A stretch of DNA of 64,000 nucleotides, taken from positions 1,837 through 65,836 of the forward strand of contig JAAWFD010000006.1 in the NCBI GenBank assembly GCA_022794615.1. The letters run 5' to 3'. Below the pieces are notes generated by a model. That model did not search any database. It saw only the letters and a program-made list of their open reading frames with translations, and was not told the origin of the DNA. Both the position numbers and the translations under genes were made by a program. Source of the stretch: Clostridia bacterium (GTDB lineage: Bacteria; Bacillota; Clostridia; TANB77; CAG-508). How positions within the stretch are numbered: position 1 is the stretch's first letter; the number at the start of each line of letters is the position of its first letter. This document shows positions 36,964 to 47,828 of the stretch, piece by piece.

Positions 36964-38577
36964 ACATCTTTTACTTTGACTTTTAGCCTGTTGAGGAGAA
37001 ACAAAACTAGAACGATTATCTTGTTTCCAAGTAGGAGGAACAACATATCCAACATTTGTAGCAACAGAAGAAGGAGCAAAAGGAGAAGTAAGTGGAACTC
37101 CAAAAGATTTCATATTGCATAAAATAGATAAATATGCAAAAATGCCAATACCTATGCCAAGGAAACCAGCGACAAAGCCAAGCAAAGTAAATACAAATCT
37201 CAGTATTCTTAAATGAAAACCAAAAGAGAAATCTGGGATTGCGAAAGATGCGATGGCAGTAACAGCAACAATAATTACTAAAATAGGACTTACAAGATTT
37301 GCACTAACAGCAGACTCACCAATAATTAAACCACCAACAATGCTGATAGTAGATCCAATAGGAGATGGAACACGAACACCAGCCTCACGAATAATTTCAA
37401 ATGAAATTTCTAATAACAGTAACTCAAAAATGATAGGAAATGGTACATTTTCTCTTGACCCCATAATAGTAAAGAGTAGTTCAGTTGGAAGAAGTTCTTG
37501 ATGAAAACTTGTAATAGCCATATACATACCAGGCAAAAGAAGTGTAACAATAAAACCAAATATTCTTAACATTCTTAAAAAGTTTGTAAAGCTAGGTCTT
37601 AGATTAGTATCCTCGGCAGAAGTTAAGAAGTCAGTTATTGTTGCAGGCATAATTAAGGCATAAGGATTTCCATTTACCAAAATGACAATTCTACCTTCAT
37701 ATAAAAATTTAACACACTTATCAGGTCTTTCGGTAGAAACAATTTGAGGAATACCATACATACCAGATTCTTCAATTAATTGTTCAAGTTGACCAGTAGA
37801 AAGTAGTGAATCAATATCTAAATTATTTAATCTGTATCTTGCTTCAGCCACTAAATCCCCATTAGCAATGTTTTGAAAATAGCAAAGACCACATTTAGTT
37901 TTACTAATATTACCAACTGTTATATTTTCAATAATTAGGTTTTCATTATTAGCCATCCTTCTAAGTAAAGAAGTATTAGTTCTTATATTTTCCACAAATG
38001 CTTCTTGCGGACCTTTAATAACCATTTCGCTAACTGGCGTAGTAACACTTCTTTGCTTAAATCCTTTGACATCAACATCAAAAGCAGATGGTATTGTATC
38101 AACGAAAAGTATACAATTACCACTATTTATACTAGAAGCGATGTCAGAAAAGTTATCCACTTTACTAATAGAATTTTGAGGAATTAAGCAATCAAAAATA
38201 TAATTTTCTATTGATGAATTATTATAATTAGTAGAAGAACTTTTTTCATTCATTAGAGGTTTTAGAAGAAAATTATTAACTAAAGTAGCATCAGCCATAC
38301 CATCAAAAAATATAATAAATGCATTGTATGAAACCATATTTAACTTAAAAGAAAATTCTCTTATTTTTATATCACTATTAATTAGAGAATTATACATAGT
38401 TTGCATGTAAAGCAAATTGTCACTTAATTTAGAACTTACATTCTTAGGTGCAGTATCACTATCACTTGAAGTATCCATTAGTGGTGTATTAGTGTTTTCT
38501 TTGGTTATATAATCATTATCTACAATTGAAAAGTTATGATTGTTTTTGAAAGTAGAAAATAAATTTTTAAAATTCAT
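36943..38577 (-). CDS. Spore germination protein, GerA (GerAA/SpoVAF) family
   Basis: A soluble N-domain is followed by about five C-terminal TM segments. The overall pattern (AFIIFFDGMADATLVNNFLLKPLM, GPQEAFVENIRTN, ESGMYGIP) is typical of GerA A-subunits. Confidence 0.88.
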   Translation of the reverse strand: MNFKNLFSTFKNNHNFSIVDNDYITKENTNTPLMDTSSDSDTAPKNVSSKLSDNLLYMQTMYNSLINSDIKIREFSFKLNMVSYNAFIIFFDGMADATLVNNFLLKPLMNEKSSSTNYNNSSIENYIFDCLIPQNSISKVDNFSDIASSINSGNCILFVDTIPSAFDVDVKGFKQRSVTTPVSEMVIKGPQEAFVENIRTNTSLLRRMANNENLIIENITVGNISKTKCGLCYFQNIANGDLVAEARYRLNNLDIDSLLSTGQLEQLIEESGMYGIPQIVSTERPDKCVKFLYEGRIVILVNGNPYALIMPATITDFLTSAEDTNLRPSFTNFLRMLRIFGFIVTLLLPGMYMAITSFHQELLPTELLFTIMGSRENVPFPIIFELLLLEISFEIIREAGVRVPSPIGSTISIVGGLIIGESAVSANLVSPILVIIVAVTAIASFAIPDFSFGFHLRILRFVFTLLGFVAGFLGIGIGIFAYLSILCNMKSFGVPLTSPFAPSSVATNVGYVVPPTWKQDNRSSFVSPQQAKSQSKRCKKWEKS

Positions 38578-38923
38578 ATATTACATCCTTTCATAAGTTA
38601 AAACATACGAATACTATATAAATATCAGTAAAATATGTATTACCAATTTTTATTAATAATTTTATTATTTACAAATTAGGAAAAATTTATGCTAAGAAAT
38701 TTAAAATTGAATGTTTTTACCTAAAAATAAATATGAAGAAAAGAAGGCACTGAATAAGCAGTGCCTTAAAAATATATATTATATATTTCTAAATTAATTT
38801 GATTTTATTAAAGTTAAATAAGAAATCAAAATAAAGTATTAGCTTAATTTGCAATTTTAATGTAAATATTATATACTATATGCAGTTACTTTTTGTAATC
38901 AGCAAAATTAAGGAGGAATTTTT

Positions 38924-39298
38924 ATGAATGGAGAAATTCGGATTCAAACTGTAAAGGTCACAGATGTAATTGTAGGTATTGATGGCATGGATGGAATGTT
39001 TATTGAACTAATATTAGATGAAATTAATAGACCATCTCGTATTACATGGCGTTTGAAATTTCAGCTTAAATACTTCGGAGAAACTAAGATAAAAAAGCTT
39101 ATGGAGTATACCGAAGCAGATATAGCAAATTTCAATAACTTGAAAGACAAGATATTTAAAATAGTTGCCATGTATACCTTACACTACGATATCTATGGAT
39201 TCGGACATTATGATTTTGATAAGTTTACTCCAATGTATACAAGAGATTCTTTTGATGTTACTTTATCAGATTTAGAAGAACTCATAAGAAAAATGTAA
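38924..39298 (+). CDS. Hypothetical protein
   Basis: A 124-codon ORF with a strong RBS, TAAGGAGGAATTTTT-ATG, and a terminator hairpin at about 39320-39345. Confidence 0.65.
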   Translation: MNGEIRIQTVKVTDVIVGIDGMDGMFIELILDEINRPSRITWRLKFQLKYFGETKIKKLMEYTEADIANFNNLKDKIFKIVAMYTLHYDIYGFGHYDFDKFTPMYTRDSFDVTLSDLEELIRKM

Positions 39299-39449
39299 AG
39301 TTACATCCACTCCTTACGAGGGCACCTTATTCATTAAGGTGTCCTTGTTCAATTGTATCGAAAAAATATCTAAATTTCCAAATCAAACAAAACAGAATAA
39401 AAAAGAAAAAAATAACTAAAAAATAAATAAAACACAAGCCACAAAACAC

Positions 39450-39478
39450 TTGATATTTTTACATATTCATAGTAAAAT
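39450..39478 (+). promoter_or_regulatory. metG promoter
   Basis: TTGATA, 17 nt, then TAAAAT. This position argues for the ATG 39509 start. Confidence 0.45.
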
Positions 39479-39508
39479 ATGGAAAGAATGAAGATGGGAG
39501 AGATGACA

Positions 39509-41083
39509 ATGAAGGAAAAATTTTATATAACGACACCAATATATTATCCAAGTGGAAGATTTCATATAGGAACTGCGTATACAACAGTATTAGCAGACAC
39601 AATAAAAAAATATAAAAAACAAAGAGGATATGAAGCATATTTACTAACAGGAGAAGATGAACATGGGCAAAAAATACAAACTGTAGCAGAAAAGAGAGGA
39701 AAAACACCACAAGAACATGTAGATGAAATGGCAGAAGATGCAAAAAAATTATGGAAATTAATGAATATAGAATATGATGATTTCATCAGAACAACAGAAG
39801 AAAGACACACAAAAATAGTACAACAAATATTTGACAAGTTTATGGAAACAGGTGACATATACAAAGGAGAATATGAAGGATGGTATTGTGAGCCATGCGA
39901 AACATATTTTACAGAAACACAACTAAAAGAAGGAAAATGTCCAGACTGTGGAAGAGAAGTAGTAAAAATGAAAGAAGAAGCATATTTCTTCAGGATGAGT
40001 AAATATGCAGACAGACTAATAAAATTTTATGAAGAAAATGTAGAATTTGCAAAACCAGAATACAGAAAAACAGAAATGATAAACAACTTTATAAAACCAG
40101 GGCTAGAAGATTTATGTGTAAGTAGAACAACATTTGACTGGGGAATACCAGTATTAAAAGACCCAAAACATGTAATATATGTATGGCTAGATGCACTAAC
40201 AAACTATATAACAGCACTAGGGTATATGTCAGAAGATGACACAAAATTCAAAAAGTATTGGCCAGCAGACTTACAAATAGTAGGAAAAGACATAGCAAGA
40301 TTTCACTTAATATATTGGCCAATATTCTTAATGGCATTAGACTTACCATTACCAAAAAAAATATTAGTGCATAACTGGATAATGATGAAAGATGGAAAAA
40401 TGTCAAAATCAAAAGGAAATGTAATATATCCAGAAACACTAATAGACAGATATGGATTAGATGCAACAAGATATTATTTATTAAGAGAAATGCCAGAATC
40501 ACAAGATGGAATATTCACACCAGAAGGATTTATAGAAAGATACAACACAAACTTATGTAATGATTTAGGTAACTTATTAAACAGAACAGTAGCAATGTGT
40601 AACAAATACTTTGCAGGACAAGTACCACAATACAATGGAACACCAAACGAAGTAGACAAAGAATTTGAAGAATTTACAGACAGTCAAATACAAAAAATAG
40701 AAGAAAAATATGATAAATATGACATAAACTTAGCATTACAAGAGATATGGGTATTAATATCAAGAGCAAACAAATATATAGATGAAACAACACCATGGGT
40801 ATTAGCAAAAGAAGAAAATAAAGAAAAGTTAGAAAGTTGTATATATCACTTAATTGAAAACTTAAGAAAAATAGGAATAGTATTAAAGCCAGTAATGAGT
40901 GAAACATCAGAAAACATATTAAAACAGTTAGGAATAACAAAAGAAGAAGAAAAAGAATGGGACAGCATAAAAAAATACGATACAATAAAGCAAGCAAAAG
41001 TAATAGAAAAAGGCGAGCCATTATTTATGAGATTAGATGCCAAAGAAGAAGAGGAATATATAAAAGGAACAATGAAACAATAA
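39509..41083 (+). CDS. metG: Methionyl-tRNA synthetase (short form, no C-terminal tRNA-binding domain)
   Basis: PIYYPSGRFHIGT (HIGH), the zinc knuckle CEPCETYF...CPDCG and KMSKS are present. Confidence 0.94.
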   Translation: MKEKFYITTPIYYPSGRFHIGTAYTTVLADTIKKYKKQRGYEAYLLTGEDEHGQKIQTVAEKRGKTPQEHVDEMAEDAKKLWKLMNIEYDDFIRTTEERHTKIVQQIFDKFMETGDIYKGEYEGWYCEPCETYFTETQLKEGKCPDCGREVVKMKEEAYFFRMSKYADRLIKFYEENVEFAKPEYRKTEMINNFIKPGLEDLCVSRTTFDWGIPVLKDPKHVIYVWLDALTNYITALGYMSEDDTKFKKYWPADLQIVGKDIARFHLIYWPIFLMALDLPLPKKILVHNWIMMKDGKMSKSKGNVIYPETLIDRYGLDATRYYLLREMPESQDGIFTPEGFIERYNTNLCNDLGNLLNRTVAMCNKYFAGQVPQYNGTPNEVDKEFEEFTDSQIQKIEEKYDKYDINLALQEIWVLISRANKYIDETTPWVLAKEENKEKLESCIYHLIENLRKIGIVLKPVMSETSENILKQLGITKEEEKEWDSIKKYDTIKQAKVIEKGEPLFMRLDAKEEEEYIKGTMKQ

Positions 41084-41145
41084 CTATGAAACAATAAAGA
41101 ACTAGAAAATAAAGAAACAAAAATCGTAGAATAAGGTGATAAAAA

Positions 41146-42039
41146 TTGGATTTAATATCTATTGCGAGAAGATACAGAAATGTAAAAAGGATTTTAATAT
41201 TTACATTTCTGTTAATAATAATATTATATATATGTTTAATAATAAATAAGTGTTCAGAAAGTAGTAAAAAGGAAAAAATATATCAAAGTTATCAAGAAAT
41301 ATATGATAGCTTAAATAATAATGATAAAAAACAAGAAGAAGAGCAAAAAGATGAATTACCTTCACATAAAGTAATATCTAACAAAGAACAATGGCTAATA
41401 GATATAGAAAATATATACAAATCAGAAGAAAAGAGAGTATTTTTAACATTTGATGATGGACCATCAAAAAAAGTAACACCATTAATATTAGATTTATTAC
41501 AACAAGAAAATATAAAAGCAACATTCTTTGTACTAGGAAGTAGAGTAGAGTTAAATCCAGACCTTGTAAAAAGAGCATATGATGAAGGACATTATATAGC
41601 AAACCATGGATACTCACACTCATATTCAAAAATATATGCATCAGTGGATACTGTTCTAGATGAATATTATAATACTGAATCTGCAATAAGAATTGCAATA
41701 GGAAATGACCAATATACAAGTCTATTATTTAGATTTCCAGGAGGGTCATCAGGTGGAAAATATAAAGAATTAAAAAGACAAGCCGAAGAAAAACTTAAAG
41801 AAAATAATATAGCATATGTAGACTGGAACGTACTAACAGGAGATTCAGAAGGTGGTAAAAAGACAGTACAACAGTTGGTATCAAGATTTAAAGAAACTAT
41901 AGGAACAAAAAATAGTATAGTAATATTAATGCATGATGCAGGAGATAAAATGACAACATATGAAGCATTACCACAAATAATTCAAAGTCTAAGAGATAAT
42001 GGATATGAATTCAAAAACTTTTATGATTTAATAAAATAG
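41146..42039 (+). CDS. Polysaccharide deacetylase (NodB homology) with an N-terminal anchor
   Basis: FLTFDDGPS, ATFFVLG, NHGYSH and ILMHD are present. The start is TTG after AAGGTGA. Confidence 0.88.
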   Translation: MDLISIARRYRNVKRILIFTFLLIIILYICLIINKCSESSKKEKIYQSYQEIYDSLNNNDKKQEEEQKDELPSHKVISNKEQWLIDIENIYKSEEKRVFLTFDDGPSKKVTPLILDLLQQENIKATFFVLGSRVELNPDLVKRAYDEGHYIANHGYSHSYSKIYASVDTVLDEYYNTESAIRIAIGNDQYTSLLFRFPGGSSGGKYKELKRQAEEKLKENNIAYVDWNVLTGDSEGGKKTVQQLVSRFKETIGTKNSIVILMHDAGDKMTTYEALPQIIQSLRDNGYEFKNFYDLIK

Positions 42040-42062
42040 GAAAGAGGAAATATAAGAGGACA

Positions 42063-43751
42063 ATGAATAAAAAATGGGAATTATATAAAGCAGATGAACA
42101 AAAAATAAAAAAGATAGAAGAAAAAGGAATAAACAAATTACTAGCTACAATATTGGTAAATAGAGGCATAATAGAAGAAGAACAAATACGAGTATTCTTA
42201 AATCCAACAAGAGCAGATTTTTATAATCCATACTTAATGCCTGATATGGAAAAAGCGGTAGAAAGAATAATACAAGCAATAGATAAAAAACAAAAAGTTA
42301 TAATATATGGAGACTATGATGTAGATGGGATAACAAGTGTAACAGTTCTAAAAAGCTATTTAGAGGAAAGAGGACTTAATGTAGATTATTATATACCAAA
42401 TAGATTAGAAGAAGGTTACGGATTAAATAAAACAGCAGTAGAAAGAATCGCAAAACAAAACTACAACTTAATGATAACAGTAGATTGTGGAATATCAGCA
42501 ATCGAAGAAGTGAAATATGCAAAAGAACTGGGATTAGAAGTAATTGTAACAGACCACCATGAAACAGGGGAAGAGATACCAAATGCAATAGCAGTAGTAG
42601 ATGCAAAAAGAAAGGACAACCAATATCCATGTAGAAACTTAGCAGGAGTAGGAGTAGTATTTAAGTTAATACAAGCAATATCAAAAAAACTAAATATAGA
42701 TGAAAAAGAACATTTAAAATATTTAGATATAGTCTGCATAGGAACAATATCAGATATAGTTCCATTAGTTGATGAAAACAGAGTAATAGTAAAATTAGGA
42801 CTAAAATTATTACAGCAAACACATAATATAGGTCTAAGAACAATTTTAGCAATATCAGGATATAACAAAATAGATTCAAGTACAATATCATTTGGCGTAG
42901 CACCAAGAATAAATGCATGTGGAAGAATGGGACATCAAGAAGAAGCATTAAAGTTATTTTTATCAAAAGACATAAACGAAGTAAACAAATTAGCACAAAG
43001 CTTAAATGAATATAATAAACAAAGACAGGAAAAGGAAAAAAATATATTTTTAGAAGCCATACAAAAAATAGAAGAAAATGAGTTAGATAAAAAAAGCATA
43101 ATGATAATAGATGGTGAAGGATGGCATCATGGAGTAATAGGAATAGTATCATCCAAAATAACAGAAATGTATTTTAAACCAAGTATATTATTATGTTTTG
43201 AAGGAGAAGAAGCAAAAGGCTCTGGAAGAAGTATACCAGGATTTGACTTACATGATGCATTACAAACATGTAGTAATAACTTATATAAATTTGGTGGACA
43301 TTCTATGGCTGTTGGACTAACAGTAAAGAAAGAACAATTTGAAAGCTTAAAACAACAATTAGAAGAAATTGCACAAGAACAAAAAATAGATAAAATTGTT
43401 CCAATTTTAAAGGTAGATGCACAAATTGATATAAATGAGATAAACAAAGACATAGTAGAAAGTCTTAAAGAAATGGAACCATTTGGAGAGGAAAACAAAA
43501 CACCGTTATTTGTGTTCAAAAATTTAAAAATAGATTCTATAAGAGCATTATCAGAAGGAAAACATATAAAATTAACATTAAAAAAAGATGTTGGCAATAT
43601 AATAGGAGCTATAGGGTTTAATATGGGAAGTCTAGTAAATGATTACTGTATAGGAGACAAGGTTGACATTGTAGGTACTCTAGAAATAAACACATATAAT
43701 GGAGAAGAGAATTTACAGATAGTATTAAAAGACATTATGAAATCTATATAA
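42063..43751 (+). CDS. recJ: Single-stranded-DNA-specific exonuclease RecJ
   Basis: The DHH motifs IYGDYDVDGITS, TVDCG and VTDHH are present, plus DHHA1 GGHSMAVG. Confidence 0.93.
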   Translation: MNKKWELYKADEQKIKKIEEKGINKLLATILVNRGIIEEEQIRVFLNPTRADFYNPYLMPDMEKAVERIIQAIDKKQKVIIYGDYDVDGITSVTVLKSYLEERGLNVDYYIPNRLEEGYGLNKTAVERIAKQNYNLMITVDCGISAIEEVKYAKELGLEVIVTDHHETGEEIPNAIAVVDAKRKDNQYPCRNLAGVGVVFKLIQAISKKLNIDEKEHLKYLDIVCIGTISDIVPLVDENRVIVKLGLKLLQQTHNIGLRTILAISGYNKIDSSTISFGVAPRINACGRMGHQEEALKLFLSKDINEVNKLAQSLNEYNKQRQEKEKNIFLEAIQKIEENELDKKSIMIIDGEGWHHGVIGIVSSKITEMYFKPSILLCFEGEEAKGSGRSIPGFDLHDALQTCSNNLYKFGGHSMAVGLTVKKEQFESLKQQLEEIAQEQKIDKIVPILKVDAQIDINEINKDIVESLKEMEPFGEENKTPLFVFKNLKIDSIRALSEGKHIKLTLKKDVGNIIGAIGFNMGSLVNDYCIGDKVDIVGTLEINTYNGEENLQIVLKDIMKSI

Positions 43752-43801
43752 AATTAAAAACAAATGAAGAAAATTTATATAATCTTTGTTTGTAAAGATA
43801 G

Positions 43802-46015
43802 GTGATGATAAAGTTGCAAGAAGAAAACGAAGAAATAACAATACAATATATAATAAATAAGAAAAAAGAAAAAACAAGAAAAGTAGATAGTAAATTAATA
43901 ATGAAAGCATATGAATATGCAACACAAAAACATGGAGACCAACGCAGAAAATCAGGTGAACTATATATAATACATCCATTAAATGTAGCATATATTTTAG
44001 CAGAAATAGGGTTAGATGAGCCTACACTTTGTGCTGCACTCTTACATGATGTAGTAGAAGATACAGAAGTAACACATGAAGACTTAGTAAGGGAATTCGG
44101 AGCAGAGATAGCAGAATTAGTTGCAGGAGTAACAAAATTAAATACAATGCTATTTGAAACAATACAAGAACAGCAAGTAGAGGATTACAGAAAAATGTTT
44201 CTTGCAATGGGAAAAGACATAAGAGTAATACTAATAAAATTAGCAGACAGACTACATAACATGAGAACATTAAAATATTTAAGCAGAGAAAGGCAGTTAG
44301 CAAATGCAAGAGAAACAATGGAACTATATGCGCCATTAGCAAACAGATTAGGACTATATTCTCTAAAATGGGAACTAGAAGACTTAGGCTTCAAATATTT
44401 ACATCCAGAAGAATACGAAGAATTAGTAAAGGGAATAGATAAGAAAAGAGAAGAAAGGCTAAAATTCATTGAAAAAATAATGACAGACATACAACTAGAA
44501 TTAAAGAGACAAAAAATAGAAGCGGAAGTTACAGGAAGAGCAAAACATTTATACAGTATATATAGAAAAATGATAAGAGACCAAAAAAGTCTAGATGAAA
44601 TTTATGATTTATTTGCATTACGAATATTAGTAAATTCTGTAAAAGATTGTTATACAGCATTAGGAGTAGTACATGAGTTATATAGTCCAATGCCAGGAAG
44701 ATTTAAAGACTATATATCAGTACCAAAGCCAAACATGTATCAATCAATACATACAACCTTATTAGGAGAAAAAGGAACTCCATTTGAAGTACAAATTCGT
44801 ACATGGGATATGCATAGAATAGCAGAATATGGTATCGCAGCACACTGGGCATATAAAGAAGCAAACTATTTGGGAAAAGGAAAACAGGTAGTAAGTGTAG
44901 GAGAAGATAAACTAGCATGGCTTAGAGAAACATTAGAATGGCAACAAGAAATGCAAGACCCACAAGAATTTTTAGAGACTTTAAAAACAGAATTATTTGA
45001 AGATGAGGTATATGTATTTACTCCAAAAGGAGCAATTAAAGTATTACCAAGAGGTGCAACAGCAATAGATTTTGCATATAACATACATGCAGAAATAGGT
45101 CATCATATGACAGGTTGTAAAATAAATAGTAAGATGGTACCAATCATTACACCAATAAAAAGTGGAGATATTATAGAAATAGTAACCTCGGAAAATTCAA
45201 GAGGGCCAAGTAGAGATTGGTTAAAATTTGTAAAGACTACGCAGGCAAAAAATAAGATAAATACATGGTTTAAAAAAGAACAGAAATCAGAAAATATAGA
45301 AAAAGGAAAAGATTTAATAGAAAAAGAGTTAAAAAGAATAGGACTTGCATATAGCGATATATTTAAACATGAATATATAAATCCTATGTTAGAAAGATAT
45401 AAATATAAAGATTTAGAAGAAATGTATGCAGCAGTTGGGTTTGGAGCAATATCTCCAGTTAAGATAATATCTAGAATGTTAATAGAATATAGAAAAGAGC
45501 ATAATGAAGAAAACATAGAAGAAAAGATAGAACAATTGTCAAAAACAAAAACACCAAAAATAAAACCATCAAGTTCAGGAGTTATAGTAAAAGGAATAGA
45601 TAATTGTTTAGTAAAACTTTCGAAATGTTGTAACCCACTTCCAGGAGATAGTATAATAGGATATATAACAAAGGGAAGAGGGGTATCTGTTCATAGAAAA
45701 GATTGTGTAAATGTAAGTGACTTATTCAAAGAGGAAAATAGAATTATTGATGTCGAATGGTATAATGAAGAAAAAGTTTCATATAGTGCAGATATTGAAA
45801 TTTATGCAAATGATAGGTCTGGATTACTTGCAGATATAATTCAAAAGATAGGAGAGACAAAGGCAAAATTAGTAGGAGTAAATTCTCGTTCTAACAAAGA
45901 AAGGATTGCAATTACAGAGGTAACAATTGAAGTAGAAAGCTTAGAAGAGTTAAATAAGATAATTAAATCTTTAAGAAAAGTTGATAGTGTTTATGATGTT
46001 AATAGAAAAAGATAA
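43802..46015 (+). CDS. relA: Bifunctional (p)ppGpp synthetase/hydrolase
   Basis: An HD hydrolase domain (HPLNVA...LLHDVVEDT), a synthetase domain (DLFALRILV, YQSIHTT), TGS and a C-terminal ACT are present. Confidence 0.95.
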   Translation: MMIKLQEENEEITIQYIINKKKEKTRKVDSKLIMKAYEYATQKHGDQRRKSGELYIIHPLNVAYILAEIGLDEPTLCAALLHDVVEDTEVTHEDLVREFGAEIAELVAGVTKLNTMLFETIQEQQVEDYRKMFLAMGKDIRVILIKLADRLHNMRTLKYLSRERQLANARETMELYAPLANRLGLYSLKWELEDLGFKYLHPEEYEELVKGIDKKREERLKFIEKIMTDIQLELKRQKIEAEVTGRAKHLYSIYRKMIRDQKSLDEIYDLFALRILVNSVKDCYTALGVVHELYSPMPGRFKDYISVPKPNMYQSIHTTLLGEKGTPFEVQIRTWDMHRIAEYGIAAHWAYKEANYLGKGKQVVSVGEDKLAWLRETLEWQQEMQDPQEFLETLKTELFEDEVYVFTPKGAIKVLPRGATAIDFAYNIHAEIGHHMTGCKINSKMVPIITPIKSGDIIEIVTSENSRGPSRDWLKFVKTTQAKNKINTWFKKEQKSENIEKGKDLIEKELKRIGLAYSDIFKHEYINPMLERYKYKDLEEMYAAVGFGAISPVKIISRMLIEYRKEHNEENIEEKIEQLSKTKTPKIKPSSSGVIVKGIDNCLVKLSKCCNPLPGDSIIGYITKGRGVSVHRKDCVNVSDLFKEENRIIDVEWYNEEKVSYSADIEIYANDRSGLLADIIQKIGETKAKLVGVNSRSNKERIAITEVTIEVESLEELNKIIKSLRKVDSVYDVNRKR

Positions 46016-46061
46016 ATAAAACACAAATATAAAAGAACTGTTAAATATGAGGTGGAGAAAA

Positions 46062-46709
46062 ATGATTTTAAAGGAACTAAAGATTAATACATGGATAGGA
46101 GAGCCAACAAACTGCTATATTGTGTTTGAGGAAGAATCAAAAGAGACAATGGTAGTTGATCCAGCAGGAGATGTAGATAGAATTATAGAAATGTTAGAAA
46201 TACTAAAAGGAAAATTGAAATATATATATTTAACACACTGTCATGGCGACCATACTGGTGGAGTAAATGAGTTACGTGATAAAATAGGGGGCAGAATATT
46301 AATAAGTAGATATGATGCACCAGGCTTAAATGATAATAGTATAAGCCTTACACAATATATGGGAGTAAAGCCAATAGACATTGAAGATAATTCAAGAATA
46401 GATGATGGAGATACTTTACATTTAGGAAATTTAACATTTAAAGTGTTACACACACCAGGACATACTATTGGGGGAACGTGTTTATATTGCGAAGAAGAAA
46501 AAATGTTATTTTCAGGTGACACATTATTTAGAGGAACTTGGGGAAGAACAGATTTACCAACATCAAATTTTGAAGATATAATAAATTCAATAACTAATAA
46601 GTTAATGATATTACCAGATGAAACAATAGTATATCCAGGACATGGAAGAAGTACAATGATTGAACTAGAAAAGCCAATATATCTAGAGTTAAAACCTCGC
46701 AAATTATAA
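46062..46709 (+). CDS. MBL-fold metallo-hydrolase
   Basis: THCHGDHTGG, HTPGHT and GDTLF are present. The start is ATG 46062, after GAGGTGGAG. Confidence 0.88.
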   Translation: MILKELKINTWIGEPTNCYIVFEEESKETMVVDPAGDVDRIIEMLEILKGKLKYIYLTHCHGDHTGGVNELRDKIGGRILISRYDAPGLNDNSISLTQYMGVKPIDIEDNSRIDDGDTLHLGNLTFKVLHTPGHTIGGTCLYCEEEKMLFSGDTLFRGTWGRTDLPTSNFEDIINSITNKLMILPDETIVYPGHGRSTMIELEKPIYLELKPRKL

Positions 46710-46796
46710 TGAATATCGACAGTTTATCTAAAAGTAAAATATAATTTTGTAGCAAGTAAAATGAGTTTTACAAAATAAAAATAAGGATGGAAAATT

Positions 46797-47657
46797 ATGA
46801 ATGTAATTTTAGAAACTAATCAAAATAAAATTAGCCTAAAAAGAAAAATTATATATATAGTTGTACTAACAATTTGTATTATTGCCATATTAGTAGGGGC
46901 ATATATACAAGTATTTAAAACTAATGGAAAAGTAGGAAATGGCAAATATGTAGAGCTAACAGATGAGCAAAATACAAAATTAGAAAATGATTTTTCAGAA
47001 ATTTTTAAAAATAATATAAATATTAGTAGTGATTTTGATTTGTCGAAAGTAGAAAAGATTAGCCCAAATGCAGATATCATTGCAAATGAATATATAAATA
47101 CAGATAAAGAAGTTAATAAATATAATTTTAATATTACTGTACCATATATAAACATTAAATCACCAACTATACAAAAATATAATAGTGAAATACAGTCAAT
47201 TTTCAAGCAAAAGGCACTAGATATTATAGAGTCTAATTATGATAATAATACCATCTATACAGTTGAATATACAGCCTATATTAATAATAATATTTTATCT
47301 TTAGTTATTCGTTCTACTTTAAAAGAAGATAATAGTGCTCAGAGGATTATAGTTCAAACTTATAATTATAATTTAGAAAAAAATAAAGTTGCAACTATTG
47401 ATAATTTGCTTGATATAAAGGGAATATCAAGTAATTATGCAGAAAGTAAAGTTAGAGAAAAAGTAAAGATTTCTCAAGCAAAAGTTGAGGAACTAAAGAA
47501 ACTAGGATATAATATTTTTGATAGAGATTATAAAAGTGCTATATATAAAATGCAAAATGCAACAGAATTTTTCTTTGGGGAAAATGGTCATTTGTATTTG
47601 ATTTATGCTTATGGTAATCAGAATTTTACAAGTGAAGTTGATATAATAGTTTTTTAA
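46797..47657 (+). CDS. Hypothetical membrane-anchored protein
   Basis: It has an N-terminal TM segment and an extracytoplasmic domain. The family is uncertain. Confidence 0.7.
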   Translation: MNVILETNQNKISLKRKIIYIVVLTICIIAILVGAYIQVFKTNGKVGNGKYVELTDEQNTKLENDFSEIFKNNINISSDFDLSKVEKISPNADIIANEYINTDKEVNKYNFNITVPYINIKSPTIQKYNSEIQSIFKQKALDIIESNYDNNTIYTVEYTAYINNNILSLVIRSTLKEDNSAQRIIVQTYNYNLEKNKVATIDNLLDIKGISSNYAESKVREKVKISQAKVEELKKLGYNIFDRDYKSAIYKMQNATEFFFGENGHLYLIYAYGNQNFTSEVDIIVF

Positions 47658-47680
47658 TATAATTGATTTTTAAATTTAAA

Positions 47681-47707
47681 AAGAACTCTTGATAGAGTTC
47701 TTTTTTT
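47681..47707 (+). terminator. Terminator
   Basis: AAGAACTCT-TGAT-AGAGTTCTT plus T7. Confidence 0.7.
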
Positions 47708-47828
47708 GAAAATAAAAGGGGATGTTTTATTTTTTAATCAGTATATATCTTAACTGACTATGGACAAATTATACTAGAGGAATTTGTCCAAAATGTGAAC
47801 TTAATATGAATATTAAGTAACAATTAAA

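Noticed and set aside
36934-37122. A 62-aa plus-strand ORF downstream of lexA.
   Set aside because: It starts inside the bidirectional terminator and is antisense to the germination protein gene. Its Arg/Ser-rich product looks like an artefact.
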